Shown: one piece after another, positions 47,859 through 64,000 of the stretch | How the letters are laid out: each line of letters opens with the position of its first letter | Numbering within the stretch: the stretch's first letter is position 1 | Origin: the human T2T-CHM13v2.0 reference genome, Homo sapiens | Length of the DNA stretch: 64,000 nt | Assembly (NCBI RefSeq): GCF_009914755.1 | Contig: NC_060935.1 | Direction: 5' to 3' (one strand) | Position numbers and translations under genes: made by a program | The notes under the pieces: model-generated | Told to the model about the DNA's origin: nothing | Seen by the model: the letters and a program-made list of their open reading frames with translations, nothing else | Database searches by the model: none

Positions 47859-49365
47859 GTTATAAGCACACTAATAAAAGTTTACATGTAGCTAAGAAAT
47901 TAATACACTACCAGTAGCAGCTATTCACAGTGCATTTGCATTTTCCTTTTATGAGTGCTATATTCTAGTTCTTAGCCTCCTTAAAACACAAACATGCTTC
48001 TATTCTGCCTACTTTGCCCTCTAACCCCTCTACCCATGACCATTTTTAACAATAATCTCTGCTTCTGTTTTTTTCACCCCGGGAAACTCATCTAATTTCT
48101 TAACCTCAAAGAAAATCTCTATGCAAATCATTCACAAATTTCTTCTCAGAAAAATCAATCTAAGGTCTTCTGGGGGAGTTAGAGACATTAGAATTTTTCA
48201 CCTCTGTGTCCAAAAACATCTCACGTTTAAAAAACAAGAACATGGTCTCAACTATAACCTAAATGTCCCATTTTTGTTTTAATTAATAACACTCATTCTT
48301 AACTTTGTTAAATTCTCAGGAATCCTGTCTCTTTGTATCTTCCACAATGTGACACAGCGCCTTATACATGTGTTCATATGACAGCATAAATATTTGTGGA
48401 TTTGTAAGTGAAACAAAGGCTCATTTCTCCACTCATAAGATCCAGGAGACAGAAGTAAGGGTAACAGCGAAAAAGCCTTCCCTGTAGGTAGGTTAAAGTT
48501 TTTCGTTAAGAGCCAAACCCATGTCTAAATTAAGTAGGAATCCAGAAGATTTTTCATCTCTTCTCTTAAAAATTTTTAAATTCTGCCCAGTCACAGGGAA
48601 TAATGGATTGCAGTTAGACTCTCTGCCAGAGGCTCCCTCACTCAGAAAACACAAGTTCCGTTCCATGTCCCCAATGCACACAGAACAACGAGAATCTTTA
48701 TATTCCACTTTCATGAAGCTTTGCAAACCTCAGTAAGAACAAACAGAAATCCCATTTATTCTAGTATTAACTGCATACTATAATACGCCAATAGTGTCTT
48801 AGGAGTTAGAAATATACAATAGTGGACAAAGTTTCTATTATCACGGAGCTTATATACTAATGGGAGGAATGTAATCAGTAAACAAATGAACAAATAGATG
48901 GTGGCAAGTGCTAAAAATTTCTTAGCTCTTGGAAGGGATGGAGCTATGTGTTTGAGGGAGGTTGCTAGGAAGGAGCCCCACATAAAATGACTTTTAAGAA
49001 TTATGGCAACAGTGGTAGTGTGTCACCAGTGGCCTGGAGGCCTATGGAACTGACCATCATGATCAACTACCACCTTCCACATAGTGAGTAAGTGTGAAGG
49101 CCTCCCATTCATTCTATATCTCACATGTCTGCTCCACCTGTGCCAAACCAAAGACACATCAAACGGGATCGTCTCTTGGTAATTTTGCAAAGCCTCTAGT
49201 TTTACGTATATAGTACCAGACGGTGGAAATCTCATTTATTTATTCACATGCTTCACAATTAAAACAATCTGATCACTTTAAGTGACTCAAAATTACACGA
49301 GCCATTTATTACACATGATTAAGTGACGTAACTGTAGCTAGTAAGCATGTGAAGACCCTGTAAGC

Positions 49366-49702
49366 CAGGGGTTCCCAACCCCCAGGCCGTGGACCATTAC
49401 TGGCTCATGACCTGTTAGGAACTGGGCCACACAGTAGCTGGTGAGCTAGGAAGCATTACTGCCTGAGCTCTGCCTCCTATCAGATCAGCAGGGGCATTAG
49501 ATTCTCATAGGAGCGCGACCCCTATTGTGAACTGCACATGCAAGGGATCTAGGCTGTGCACTCCTTATGAGAATCTAATGCCTATGATCGAGGTGGAACA
49601 GTTTCATCCCGAAACCATCCCTCCACACACCCCCTGCCAGTCTGTGGAAAAACTGTCTTCCATGAAACCACTCCTTGGTGCCAAAAAGGTTGGGGACCGT
49701 TG
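49366..49702 (+). mobile_element. MER1B-like hAT-Charlie element
   Basis: TIRs caggggttcccaacc / ggttggggaccgttg; perfect 8-bp TSD ctgtaagc. Confidence 0.9.
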
Positions 49703-50091
49703 CTGTAAGCCACTGAGTAACAAGTGAAAGCCATTTCTGAAAAATCATTTTTCAAACTGCTGGAAACCAACTGCAGTAATGGCGGATGTAGCACCAAATA
49801 ATAACCTATCTACATGGCTTTAAATTTTGAAATAATACTCTCTAAGTGGAAAATATGAGCAATTTTAATACATTATTAATATATCACTATAAAATAAAGC
49901 CATTAATAAATCACTACAAAATAAAGCCAGAGTTATTTTTCCTAATAAGTTTAATATTACGCCTTTAAGTTTCTACAAGAAGGAAAAATCACCAGGATTA
50001 TTCTACAAGAAGAAATAATCACCAGGACAAAAAATATCTCTATCCTCATACATCTCATAACCATACACCTGTTCTTATAAGATTCCTAGAA

Positions 50092-50278
50092 GGGTACAGT
50101 GGTATGCACCTGTAGTCCCAGCCACTCAGGAGGTTGAGGTGGGTGGATCACTTCAGCCCAAGAGTTTGAGGCTGTAGTATGCAATGATGACAACTGTGAA
50201 TAGCCACTGAACTCCAGCCTAGGCAACATAGTGAGACCCTGTCTTGAAATTCAAAAAAAAAAAAAAAAAAAAAAAAAA
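50092..50278 (+). mobile_element. Alu right-arm monomer (FRAM/FAM/J-like)
   Basis: Single arm plus A tail. Confidence 0.85.
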
Positions 50279-51446
50279 GACTCCATATAACCCACATTCA
50301 CCTATTTCCTATTTCTCAGCACTAAAAAGTCTGACAATTTTACTTCCTGACAAATGTCTTTCTTAAAAGGAATTATAAAATTTTATATAGATCTATATTT
50401 ATACAATATCCCATTTATTTTCAAAACCACATTCTATCTATGAATGGATATATGAAGAGTCTCCTAAATTTCTTAAAGAGTGTATCTTTATCCTGGCTTG
50501 TGTGAGAAAGTAATATACATTTTAAGTGGTCTAGACAAGTAGGAAGGGAAATTTAATCATCTTTCTCCCATCATACTACAGTACCAATCTTTCACCAACT
50601 TTTTTTTGCTATGATGCCAAACGATCTTCAAATAAACCTTCTACCCAACCACAGCTTTTCAAGTTAATCTCTTCCTAAACTTGACAAACACTGGAGAATG
50701 TTAACTAGTTTTTACTTTCATTGCTACATTAGATACTCTCCAGAGTGACTGGGATTGGCAGGTATCTTGTTTTTAACTCTTTCTACAAGATATTTCATTA
50801 AAGTTAATTTCTCCCATTAAAAACCTTCTGGCTCACATTTATTTGATAGTCTGTCCTAAGAGCTATTCATTTTCAATATCTGCTTCAAATACTGATAATG
50901 AAGATTTTAATTTGCCATCACTGAAGTTCTGCTCTAGACTCTCTGGCTTCCATGCATGGTCCCATCCATTTCCATGTGCTACAACTGTACTATAACAAGA
51001 CTAACCAACACATCAGAATGAGCAAAAAAAATCTAGAATCAAATTCGAGATTCATGATTCACCATTGTGATTTCAGGCATGTTAATTAGTCACTCAGTTT
51101 CCATTTCAACATTTAAAAAATAGGACTAATACTTAATTTTCACAACATCTTGGCTTAGTAAGGTGATATATTTAGGGTATTTTAAAAGTACCCTAAAGCT
51201 TTAAAGCATCATTACAAATATTTTCATTTCTTTCTTACCATCATTTTGTATTGATGTTTTCCCTCATTTTAGGAGACAATTCCTCTATCACCTTTCCAAT
51301 ACAGTGTTATGAAAATAGCTCAAACTCAATTACTGCTGCAAAACCTTCATTATCTAATGCCCAATTTCTTCATCAACTGGGAAGTGTTACCATAGATCCT
51401 TGCACTCAATCTTAAGAGTGGCAAAATCTTTATAATGCACATATGA

Positions 51447-51782
<336 letters not shown>

Positions 51783-52550
51783 TAAATACTTGTCTAAAGT
51801 AGCACAAACTAGTGGCTGTGTTGGAACTACATTTTTCAAACAGTAACCTTTCCACTAGCAGGATAGATGAAGACACACATCCACAACACACACACACTCT
51901 ACCCCCATTTCCATGTGGTCTGAGTGAGACTTATCATTTTCTCTAATTACTCTAAACTGCACACATTTTCACAAATTCAGTGTTGTGTTTAGTTCTCACA
52001 AATCTAATTCCTAGTATACACAGTAGGCCACCTCTTGTCTGGTTTAGTATAATCCTCATTGGCATAATCATCTTCTTTGTGGCTACAATGAACTAAAGTT
52101 GACAGACTATGAGGAAAGCGACACATTATTCAACTCAAGTTCACAAGTTGCGAAAGTTCTGGGCATTGCCCATTTCCAAATGACTCAAACTGCAAGCCTT
52201 AATTTATAAGCAAGTTTAAAGAAGCCAAGAATGTCAGAGAACAAACTAAATCAACTCACTAGATTTTAGGTGAACAGGTCTTATATGATGTTACATGAGA
52301 AGAACACAAAGCAATTTTCCAGTCATCTTTTGCCCTAGAGATGTAATTACTATCAATTCTAAGTAATAGCAGAAGGGGTAAACTACGTTAAAAGGGGCCT
52401 CAACAGTTATAACACATTCTTGGTTAGTCATTAAGTTATGAAAATATAACTCTGATGAAGAAAGTCAAAGAAAAATCAATTCTAGATTAAGTCTATAAGC
52501 CCAAGGACAGGAAGCAACTTATTAGTAAGTTTCTCTCTTAAAACGTTTCC

Positions 52551-54963
<2,413 letters not shown>

Positions 54964-56107
54964 TCAGTAAGTTGCTTAATTTCAAGTCACAAAAGGCCCC
55001 CCCAAAAAAAAAGCCAAAAAGAAAGTTCACCCTTTTTTGACAAATAACTCAAAACTAGATGTACATGTACTGCAAGTAAAAGCAAACTTTTCTGGCTCTT
55101 AATGGTTGTCACTGGTACACAAAAGTTTATAAGCCAAAAATGTGCAAGCAATTACAGCCACAAATACTGATGCAGCCTTGACCTATTACAGATTTCTAAT
55201 ATTAAACAGATACATGCAATTCCCCATTCTACAATACATATACACAGCATTCATATAATTTAAGAAACACAGTCCTTCCATCATGCAAATTAAATTAAGG
55301 ATCCTGGCAACAATAATAATGTTTACATTTCTGTGTTTCTGAAGAATTAAAATGAAGAGATAAAAATAAGGTGAAGCAATTATCCATCAATTCATCACTT
55401 AATAATTTTAAGATTATGTCACTGTGGTAGAACATAAATGGTGATGGATTAGTGATGCTCCTTACACACCCTCAGCTGATCCCCCAATATGAACAACAGG
55501 CAACACATATAAGACAATTTTTAATAAAGGTAGAAAGAAACTCCCTTTTTTTTACATCCAAGATACACACTGGAAAAAAATTATTTATTGTTATTATTTT
55601 TTATGTGATGTGGTCTCGCTATGTTGTACAAGGTGGCCTCAAACTACTGGCCTCAAGAAATACTGCCACCTCAGTCACCTGAGTAGCTGGGACTACAAGG
55701 ATGCACCAACACACCCAGCTGAAAATTCACATTTTTGTTGCCCATTTCCTCCTAAAACAAGAATCACATAAGACAATGCCACCTATTCCTACCAATGATA
55801 ATAAGATACGCAAATTCAAACTGTTTTTCAAATAATGATATAGTAGTAAATGGGACAGAATACTCTGATGGAGAATGAAGCAAAGGCTCAGAGAGAAACT
55901 GTTTCTGGTATTCGTTTCCAAAGGACCAAGCCTATAACAAAAAAAGCTAAAGGAGCACAATTATAGCATCACAGAATAACAGAGTAAGAAGGTAATTTAG
56001 AAAATAAACTATTTTAGTAACAGATTTTTGTGAGGTCATATGGAGCTAGGGTCAGTACCCTACATTCCAGTTAGAGCTTACTCCTCTTGAAGCATATGGA
56101 AAATTTA

Positions 56108-56497
<390 letters not shown>

Positions 56498-56779
56498 TCA
56501 TTCCATATAAGTTTTCTGTGAGCTAAGAAGCTCCCCTTCAGATTGCCTGACCTCTAGTCAAGGTTCTTCATCGCCATCTAAATGTCAGATTTATTCTCTA
56601 TGTCTTCTTACTAATAGTGTTTTGGTTTAAGTATGTGGAAAATAAAGCCAATAAGACTATCTGATGAATAGGTTTGTATAAACATTGTGTTAACAATGCA
56701 TGTCAATTGCCCAAGACATAGAAAGGTTTCCTTAAAGGTTAGCTATTCTCCCCATTTTGTATGTCCTAACTAAACCAAC

Positions 56780-57127
56780 TGAAACGGTTTGGCTCTGTGT
56801 CCCTACCCAAATCTCACCTTGAGTTGTAATAATACCCATGTGAAGGACAGGACCAGGTGGAGATAACTGAATCATAGCGACAGTTTCTCCCATGCTGTTC
56901 TCATGATAGTGAGTGAGTTCTCATGAGATCTGATGGTTTTATAAGGGGCACTTCTCTCTCCTGCCATCATGTGAGAAAGGACATGTTTGCTTCCCTTTCT
57001 GCCATAATTGTAAGTTTCCTGAGGTCTCCCTGGCCATGCAGAACTGTGAGTCAATTAAACCTCTTTTCTTTATAAATTACCCAGTCTTGGGTGTTTCTTC
57101 ATAGCAGCACGAGAATAGACTAATACA
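56780..57127 (+). mobile_element. MaLR solo LTR (THE1/MST family)
   Basis: TG...CA ends: tgaaacggtttggctctgtgtccctacccaaatctca...gactaataca; 5-bp TSD ccaac/ccaat. Confidence 0.9.
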
Positions 57128-57900
57128 CCAATTTTTATCAGACTTTGTGAATCCCTGAAGACTGAAAGTTTCCTTTCTTTTATAAAATTTCTTCCTTCAG
57201 ATCAAAGTTAGGTTTACATTATTTCTGTTGAGAAGACTTCTTCAATGATTCCTGTGCAATCTAGAGACTCGGAAATCCCCAAACCTCAGTAATTGCCACC
57301 ATTCATTCATTCTATAATAAAGTTAATACAAAAACTTGAAGCAGCAAAATCTCATCTCAGCTTCCAGATCAGCAAAACTCCTTGCCTTTCCTGTTTTCAC
57401 ACTGGCAGCAGAAACTACAGATAAAGTGTAATTTTGAAAAATTGGCTCTAACTATGGTCCAACTTGACCTACAGTAGCCAAAAAGCTATATCTAAAGGTC
57501 ATATAATTAAAAGTCATACTCCCTTCACAATCTAGCCTCAGACAATTGCTCCGACTGTATTTCTCATTGCACCCAACCTGTCCCTCTCACAGTCCAAAAG
57601 CACCCCATTTACAAATCTCTTTGTTCCTCAAACACAATTTCAGCTTCCTGTCTACAAATGTTTGCTCATGCTCTTTCCTCCACCTGAAATGCCTAGTGTT
57701 CCTAATAACTTATCATTTAAGGTCCAGTTATCTTCCCTTATCAAAAGCAGTATCTCTCTTATCTGATTTTTAACATCATTTGATCTGTACGTATCTCACA
57801 TTGTCTGGCAATACAGCTATCTGCATACGTCATCTACCCTACTAGACTGAGGACAGATTAGTGTTTCACAATAATCTCAACACAACCTGAATAGTGACAC

Positions 57901-58257
57901 TGTTAATTAAATTTGGCCTAAAGCTGCTTCCATAAGCAGGGAACTGCACCTCAGTATGTTAAAACTGCAACCTAACTCGAGTATATTCTTGTAACGAGGC
58001 TAAGCGTTCTGCCAATCACAAGCGGCAAGCTGCTCAGACATGTCCAAATAAGGCAAACGTGGACACAAACGTGGACCTGTAACCAATCAGACTATGTCTG
58101 GATGTCACTTCTTTTTCTGTCTATAAATCCTGACTATCCACATTGCTGGGTGGAACTCTCTGAACCTTTACTCCTTCAGGGTGCTGCTCAATTCATGAAT
58201 TGTTTCTTTGCTCAAATTAACTGCCAAATTTAATTTGTCTAAAGTTTTATTTTAACA
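57901..58257 (+). mobile_element. ERV1 solo LTR (MER57-like)
   Basis: tgttaattaaatttggcctaaagctgc...gttttattttaaca; inverted tgttaa/ttaaca termini. Confidence 0.75.
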
Positions 58258-58311
58258 AGACTCAATATGTAATGCTAATGAGCATATTAATTTCCTTAAG
58301 ACGAATAAAGT

Positions 58312-60137
<1,826 letters not shown>

Positions 60138-60429
60138 TCATGCAACTATTTGTTACCTTCTTCATATATCTAAGACTATTCTGAAAATGTAAAAAATATA
60201 AACTGGATCAGATTAAGTGGTTTATCCAGCTGAAAGAATGTCTGACCCAAATAATTCCAGTTATCCATCACCAAACTATGCCCAGTAGTCATGGAGATTG
60301 CCATCAAGTAACATTTTTCTCCTGCACAATTCCATTTCCACATTACACAGAGGTAGTAGAGTTGTATTCCATGTCAACTTCAAAAGATTAAAAACCCAAA
60401 TATCTTTGGTTTTCCTTAATACAAATGTG

Positions 60430-60875
60430 TTTCTTCATACCATATACAAAAGTTAACTCAAAATTGATCAATCTTAAATCTAAGAGCTAAAATTTCTTCC
60501 TAAAACTCTTAGAGTTGTAAAGGTGCATAACCTTGAATCAGCCAATGATTTCTTAGATATATCGAAAGCACAATCGAAAAAATCAGAGGCTGGGTGAGAG
60601 TGTGATGGCTCACGTCTATAATCCCAGCATTTTGGGAGGCCGAGGCAGGTAGATCGCTTGAGGTCAGGAGTTCAAGACCAGCCTGGCCAACATGGAAAAA
60701 CCCTGTCTCTACTAAAGATACAAAAACTTAGCCAGCATGGTGGCACATGCCTGTAGTCCCAGCTACTCGGGAGGCTAAGGTGGGAGGATCACTTGAACCT
60801 GGGAGGCGAAGTTGCAGTGAGCCAAGATCACACCACTGCACTCTAGCCTGGGTGACAGAACAAGACTCTGTCTTA

Positions 60876-60906
<31 letters not shown>

Positions 60907-61945
60907 CCTTGAAAAATTAGACTTGAAAATTTAAAACTTTTGTGCATTAAAAGACATTGTATCAAGAAAGTGACAAGCCAAGCCACAGAATGGGGAAAAA
61001 AATTACAAATCATATAAAGATCTAGTATGTGAGGTATGTAAAGTACTCTTCTGGTATCCAGAATACATAAAGATCAAATTTTAAAACAGGCAAAAGACCT
61101 TGAATAGATATTTTCCCAAAGATATACAAATAGTCAATAACCACATAAAGAAATGCTAAACAGCATTAACCACTAGGGAAATGGAAACCAAAATCACAAT
61201 GACATAACACTTCACACCCACTAGGATGACTATTTTTTAAAAATCATAAAACTAAAATCCTGAAAATAACAAGTTTGGCAAGAAAGTAGAGGAGAAACAG
61301 GAATCTTCATACATTGCTGATGGGAATGTAAAACAGTGTCACTGATGTGGAAAACAGTTTGGTAGTTCCTCAAAAAGTTACACAGAATTACCATATAACC
61401 CAGTAATTTTACTCCTAGATATATACCTAAGAGAACTGAAAATATGTTCACACGAAAACTTGTATGTGAATGTTCATAGCAGTACTATTCTTCACAGCCC
61501 AAATGGCTAAACAACCCAAATGTCCACCAACTAATGAAGGTATAAATGAAATGTGGGTAACTATACAAGGGAGTATTACTCACCTATAAAAATGAATAAA
61601 GTACTGATATGTGCTACAAGGACAAACCTTTAAAACATTATAACTGAAAGAAGCCAGGCACAAAAGGCCACATATTGTATGACTCCATTACTACGAAATG
61701 TACAGAACAGAAAAATTCATAGATAGAAAGTGGATTAATGGTTGCAGGGGGGCCGAGGAGAGCTTAGGAGTGACCGTTAACAGATACAGGATCTCTTTCT
61801 TGGGTGATGGAAAATGTTCTAGAATTACATAATGGGGATGGTTGCACACAACACTGTGAACATACTAAATAACACTGAATTCTCTACTTTAAAACTGAAT
61901 TTTATGTTATGTAGATTATGTCTCAATTTTAAAATTGCAAAAAAA
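60430..61945 (+). mobile_element. L1M (L1MB-like) 3' fragment interrupted by an Alu at 60588-60906
   Basis: cacacccactaggatg...gtggaaaacagtttggtagttcctcaaaaagtta...caaaaggccacatattgtatga. Confidence 0.9.
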
Positions 61946-62004
61946 TGTGTACTCTAAAAGGGAAAAAAAATAAATAATTGCAAAAAAGAAAATTATGTGT
62001 GTGG

Positions 62005-62330
62005 GGCCAGGCGCGGTGGCTCACGCCTGCAATCCCAGCACTTTGGGAGGCCGAGAGGCAGGCGGATCACGAGGTCAGGAGTTTGAGACCAGCCTGACCA
62101 ACATGGTGAAACCCCGTCTCTACTAAAAATACAAAAATTAGCTGGGCCTGGTGGCTCGCGCCTGTAATCCCAGCTACCCGGGAGGCTGAGACAGGAGAAT
62201 CGCTTGAACCCAGGAGGCAGAGGTTGTAGGAGCTGAGATCGTGCCATTGCACTCCAGCCTGGGCAACAGAGTAAGACTCCATCTCAAAAACAAACAAACA
62301 TATAAATAAATAAATAAATAATGAATAAAA
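62005..62330 (+). mobile_element. Alu (Sg-like) with a (TAAA)n tail
   Basis: Full dimer; TSD aaaattatgtgtg. Confidence 0.92.
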
Positions 62331-62361
62331 AATTATGTGTGTGTGTGTGTGTATGTACACA

Positions 62362-62688
62362 CAATTAGCCCTCCATATCAATGGGTTCCATTATCATGGA
62401 TTCAATCATGAATCGAAAATATACCAAAAAAATGCATCTCTACTGAACATGCGCAGACATTTTTCCTTGTCATCATTCCCTAAACAATACAGTATAACAA
62501 CTGTTTATGTAGCACTTATATTGTATTAGGCATTTTAAGTAACCTAGAGATGATTTAAAGTATTCAGGAGATGTGCATAGGTTATATGCAAACAATGTCA
62601 TTTTACATCAGGGATTTGAGCACCCTTGGATTTTCTTATCTGTGGGAGGTCCTGGAACCAATCCCCTATAGATACTGAAGGACAACCG
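62362..62688. mobile_element. Tigger3-like (TcMar) non-autonomous DNA transposon
   Basis: gccctccatatc...tactgaacatg...ccctaaacaatacagtataacaact...gatactgaaggacaac. Confidence 0.8.
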
Positions 62689-64000
62689 CATATATTTATC
62701 ACCTCACCTCAAAATCTCTTTATCTTAGCTTTGGATTAGTTAAATGCTAATGTTTCAAATTATTCAATACAGTGCATGAGGCGGATTTCTGCCAACAATT
62801 GTTTGAAGTATAGTAAAAAGACTTGCCAATCCTCTGCAGTGTGAATACCACCCGCTATTTATTTTTTGCGATATACTTAAATTACATTAAAATTTTTGCA
62901 TATAAGGTGTATTTAAAATATGGCACATTCCTATTTCTTAAATATCCACAAGATAACTATTACCAGCACATAAAATTTTAAGTGCACACACACACCCCCA
63001 CAAAGATGACCCTTGATCTCAGAACTTATAATCACGTGGGACCTATAATCAGAAGAAACATGTAAATTAAAATATGACAATTGAGTATATTCTGTGAAGT
63101 CACTTACAGAGTATATCTGCAATCTTTAGTGAGGAAAGAAGTTTTGGAAAGCATACCCAACTTCCTCAACCACTACTTGGAAGAACTGCCCCTTGATTAA
63201 GACTTGGGTCCCTAGGATGCTTTCAAGTAATAAGTTCATGGCTATAAATACCAGCACCATTCCCCTAATCACTGCTAAAAATTCCATGTATTCAGATGAA
63301 ACTTTCAGCAATTCCCACTGGCCCCTGGAATCAACTTACTGATTAAGTAATCTAGATTAAGTGATCCTATTTTTACCACCATTGCTACCACCACCCTAAC
63401 CTTTGCCTATTATCTCATACAGCTTCCTTCTAAAACAGACACTTCTTTTCTTTTACATTTTGATATCATCTGTTAAGTGTGCTTTATCCCTTCTTATATC
63501 AAAAATGAGTCTACTGTACAGTTATACTCTAGGAGGCACCTTTCATACAAAAAGGTGTGACAGGCACCTTCTAGAGTTGTGCAAGGAAGCAGCTCTGATA
63601 AACTCCTCAGATCTATTTCTGGTCCTCTGTTTAATTCTTAAAAATTACATTCCTAATTTCAAGAATATGTCCTCAAAAATGTGCATTTTAATATAGTGTT
63701 CAACTGGAGCAGCTACAAAAATTTTGAAGTAACAATGTTTTGGAAGACACTACCTTGTATCTAAACAAAACTAAATAAGCCTCTTAATGCCTCATGAGTT
63801 CCATGAAACAGTAATTTGTTATGTTTTTATCAATGTTACTGACTCTATATATAAATTTGTAACCAGGCAATTTCCATAGTCACCATAAAAAATATCCTTA
63901 AATGTCTACTGGCATAGATTTTTATGTCCATAAATTGTTCATGGAATAGTCTGAGCTATGAAGGGAGGTTAAGTATAATCATTCAATATTTACTGAGCAC

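Overview
Primate (almost certainly human) genomic DNA from the interior of PICALM (CALM, clathrin assembly protein), transcribed on the minus strand. Eleven coding exons (exons 2-12, 36325 down to 1537, 1128 nt) were read directly. All have GT-AG splice sites and a continuous reading frame encoding residues ~44-420: the ANTH domain and the start of the disordered clathrin/AP2-binding tail. Positions 36326-64000 are intron 1; exon 1 and exons 13+ lie outside the window. The rest is intronic, with ~48 Alu copies or fragments, old L1/L2/MIR pieces, hAT/Tigger DNA transposons and two solo LTRs. Nearly all ORFs in the supplied track are Alu/L1/AT-rich noise. The most interesting non-obvious signals are four. 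(1) A young BC200 (BCYRN1) RNA retrocopy in intron 7, with no poly(A) tail and a T5 terminator just downstream. (2) A ~150-bp block in intron 11 with two candidate in-frame 6-nt microexons, a branch point, an RBFOX motif and a hairpin. (3) A 126-nt candidate poison exon in intron 9. (4) An exon 12-to-exon 2 back-splice would give a stop-free 376-codon circular ORF. These are hypotheses from sequence alone; I cannot establish a wholly new biological system here. Repeat boundaries are approximate, and repeat family names and reference sequences are recalled from memory, not searched.
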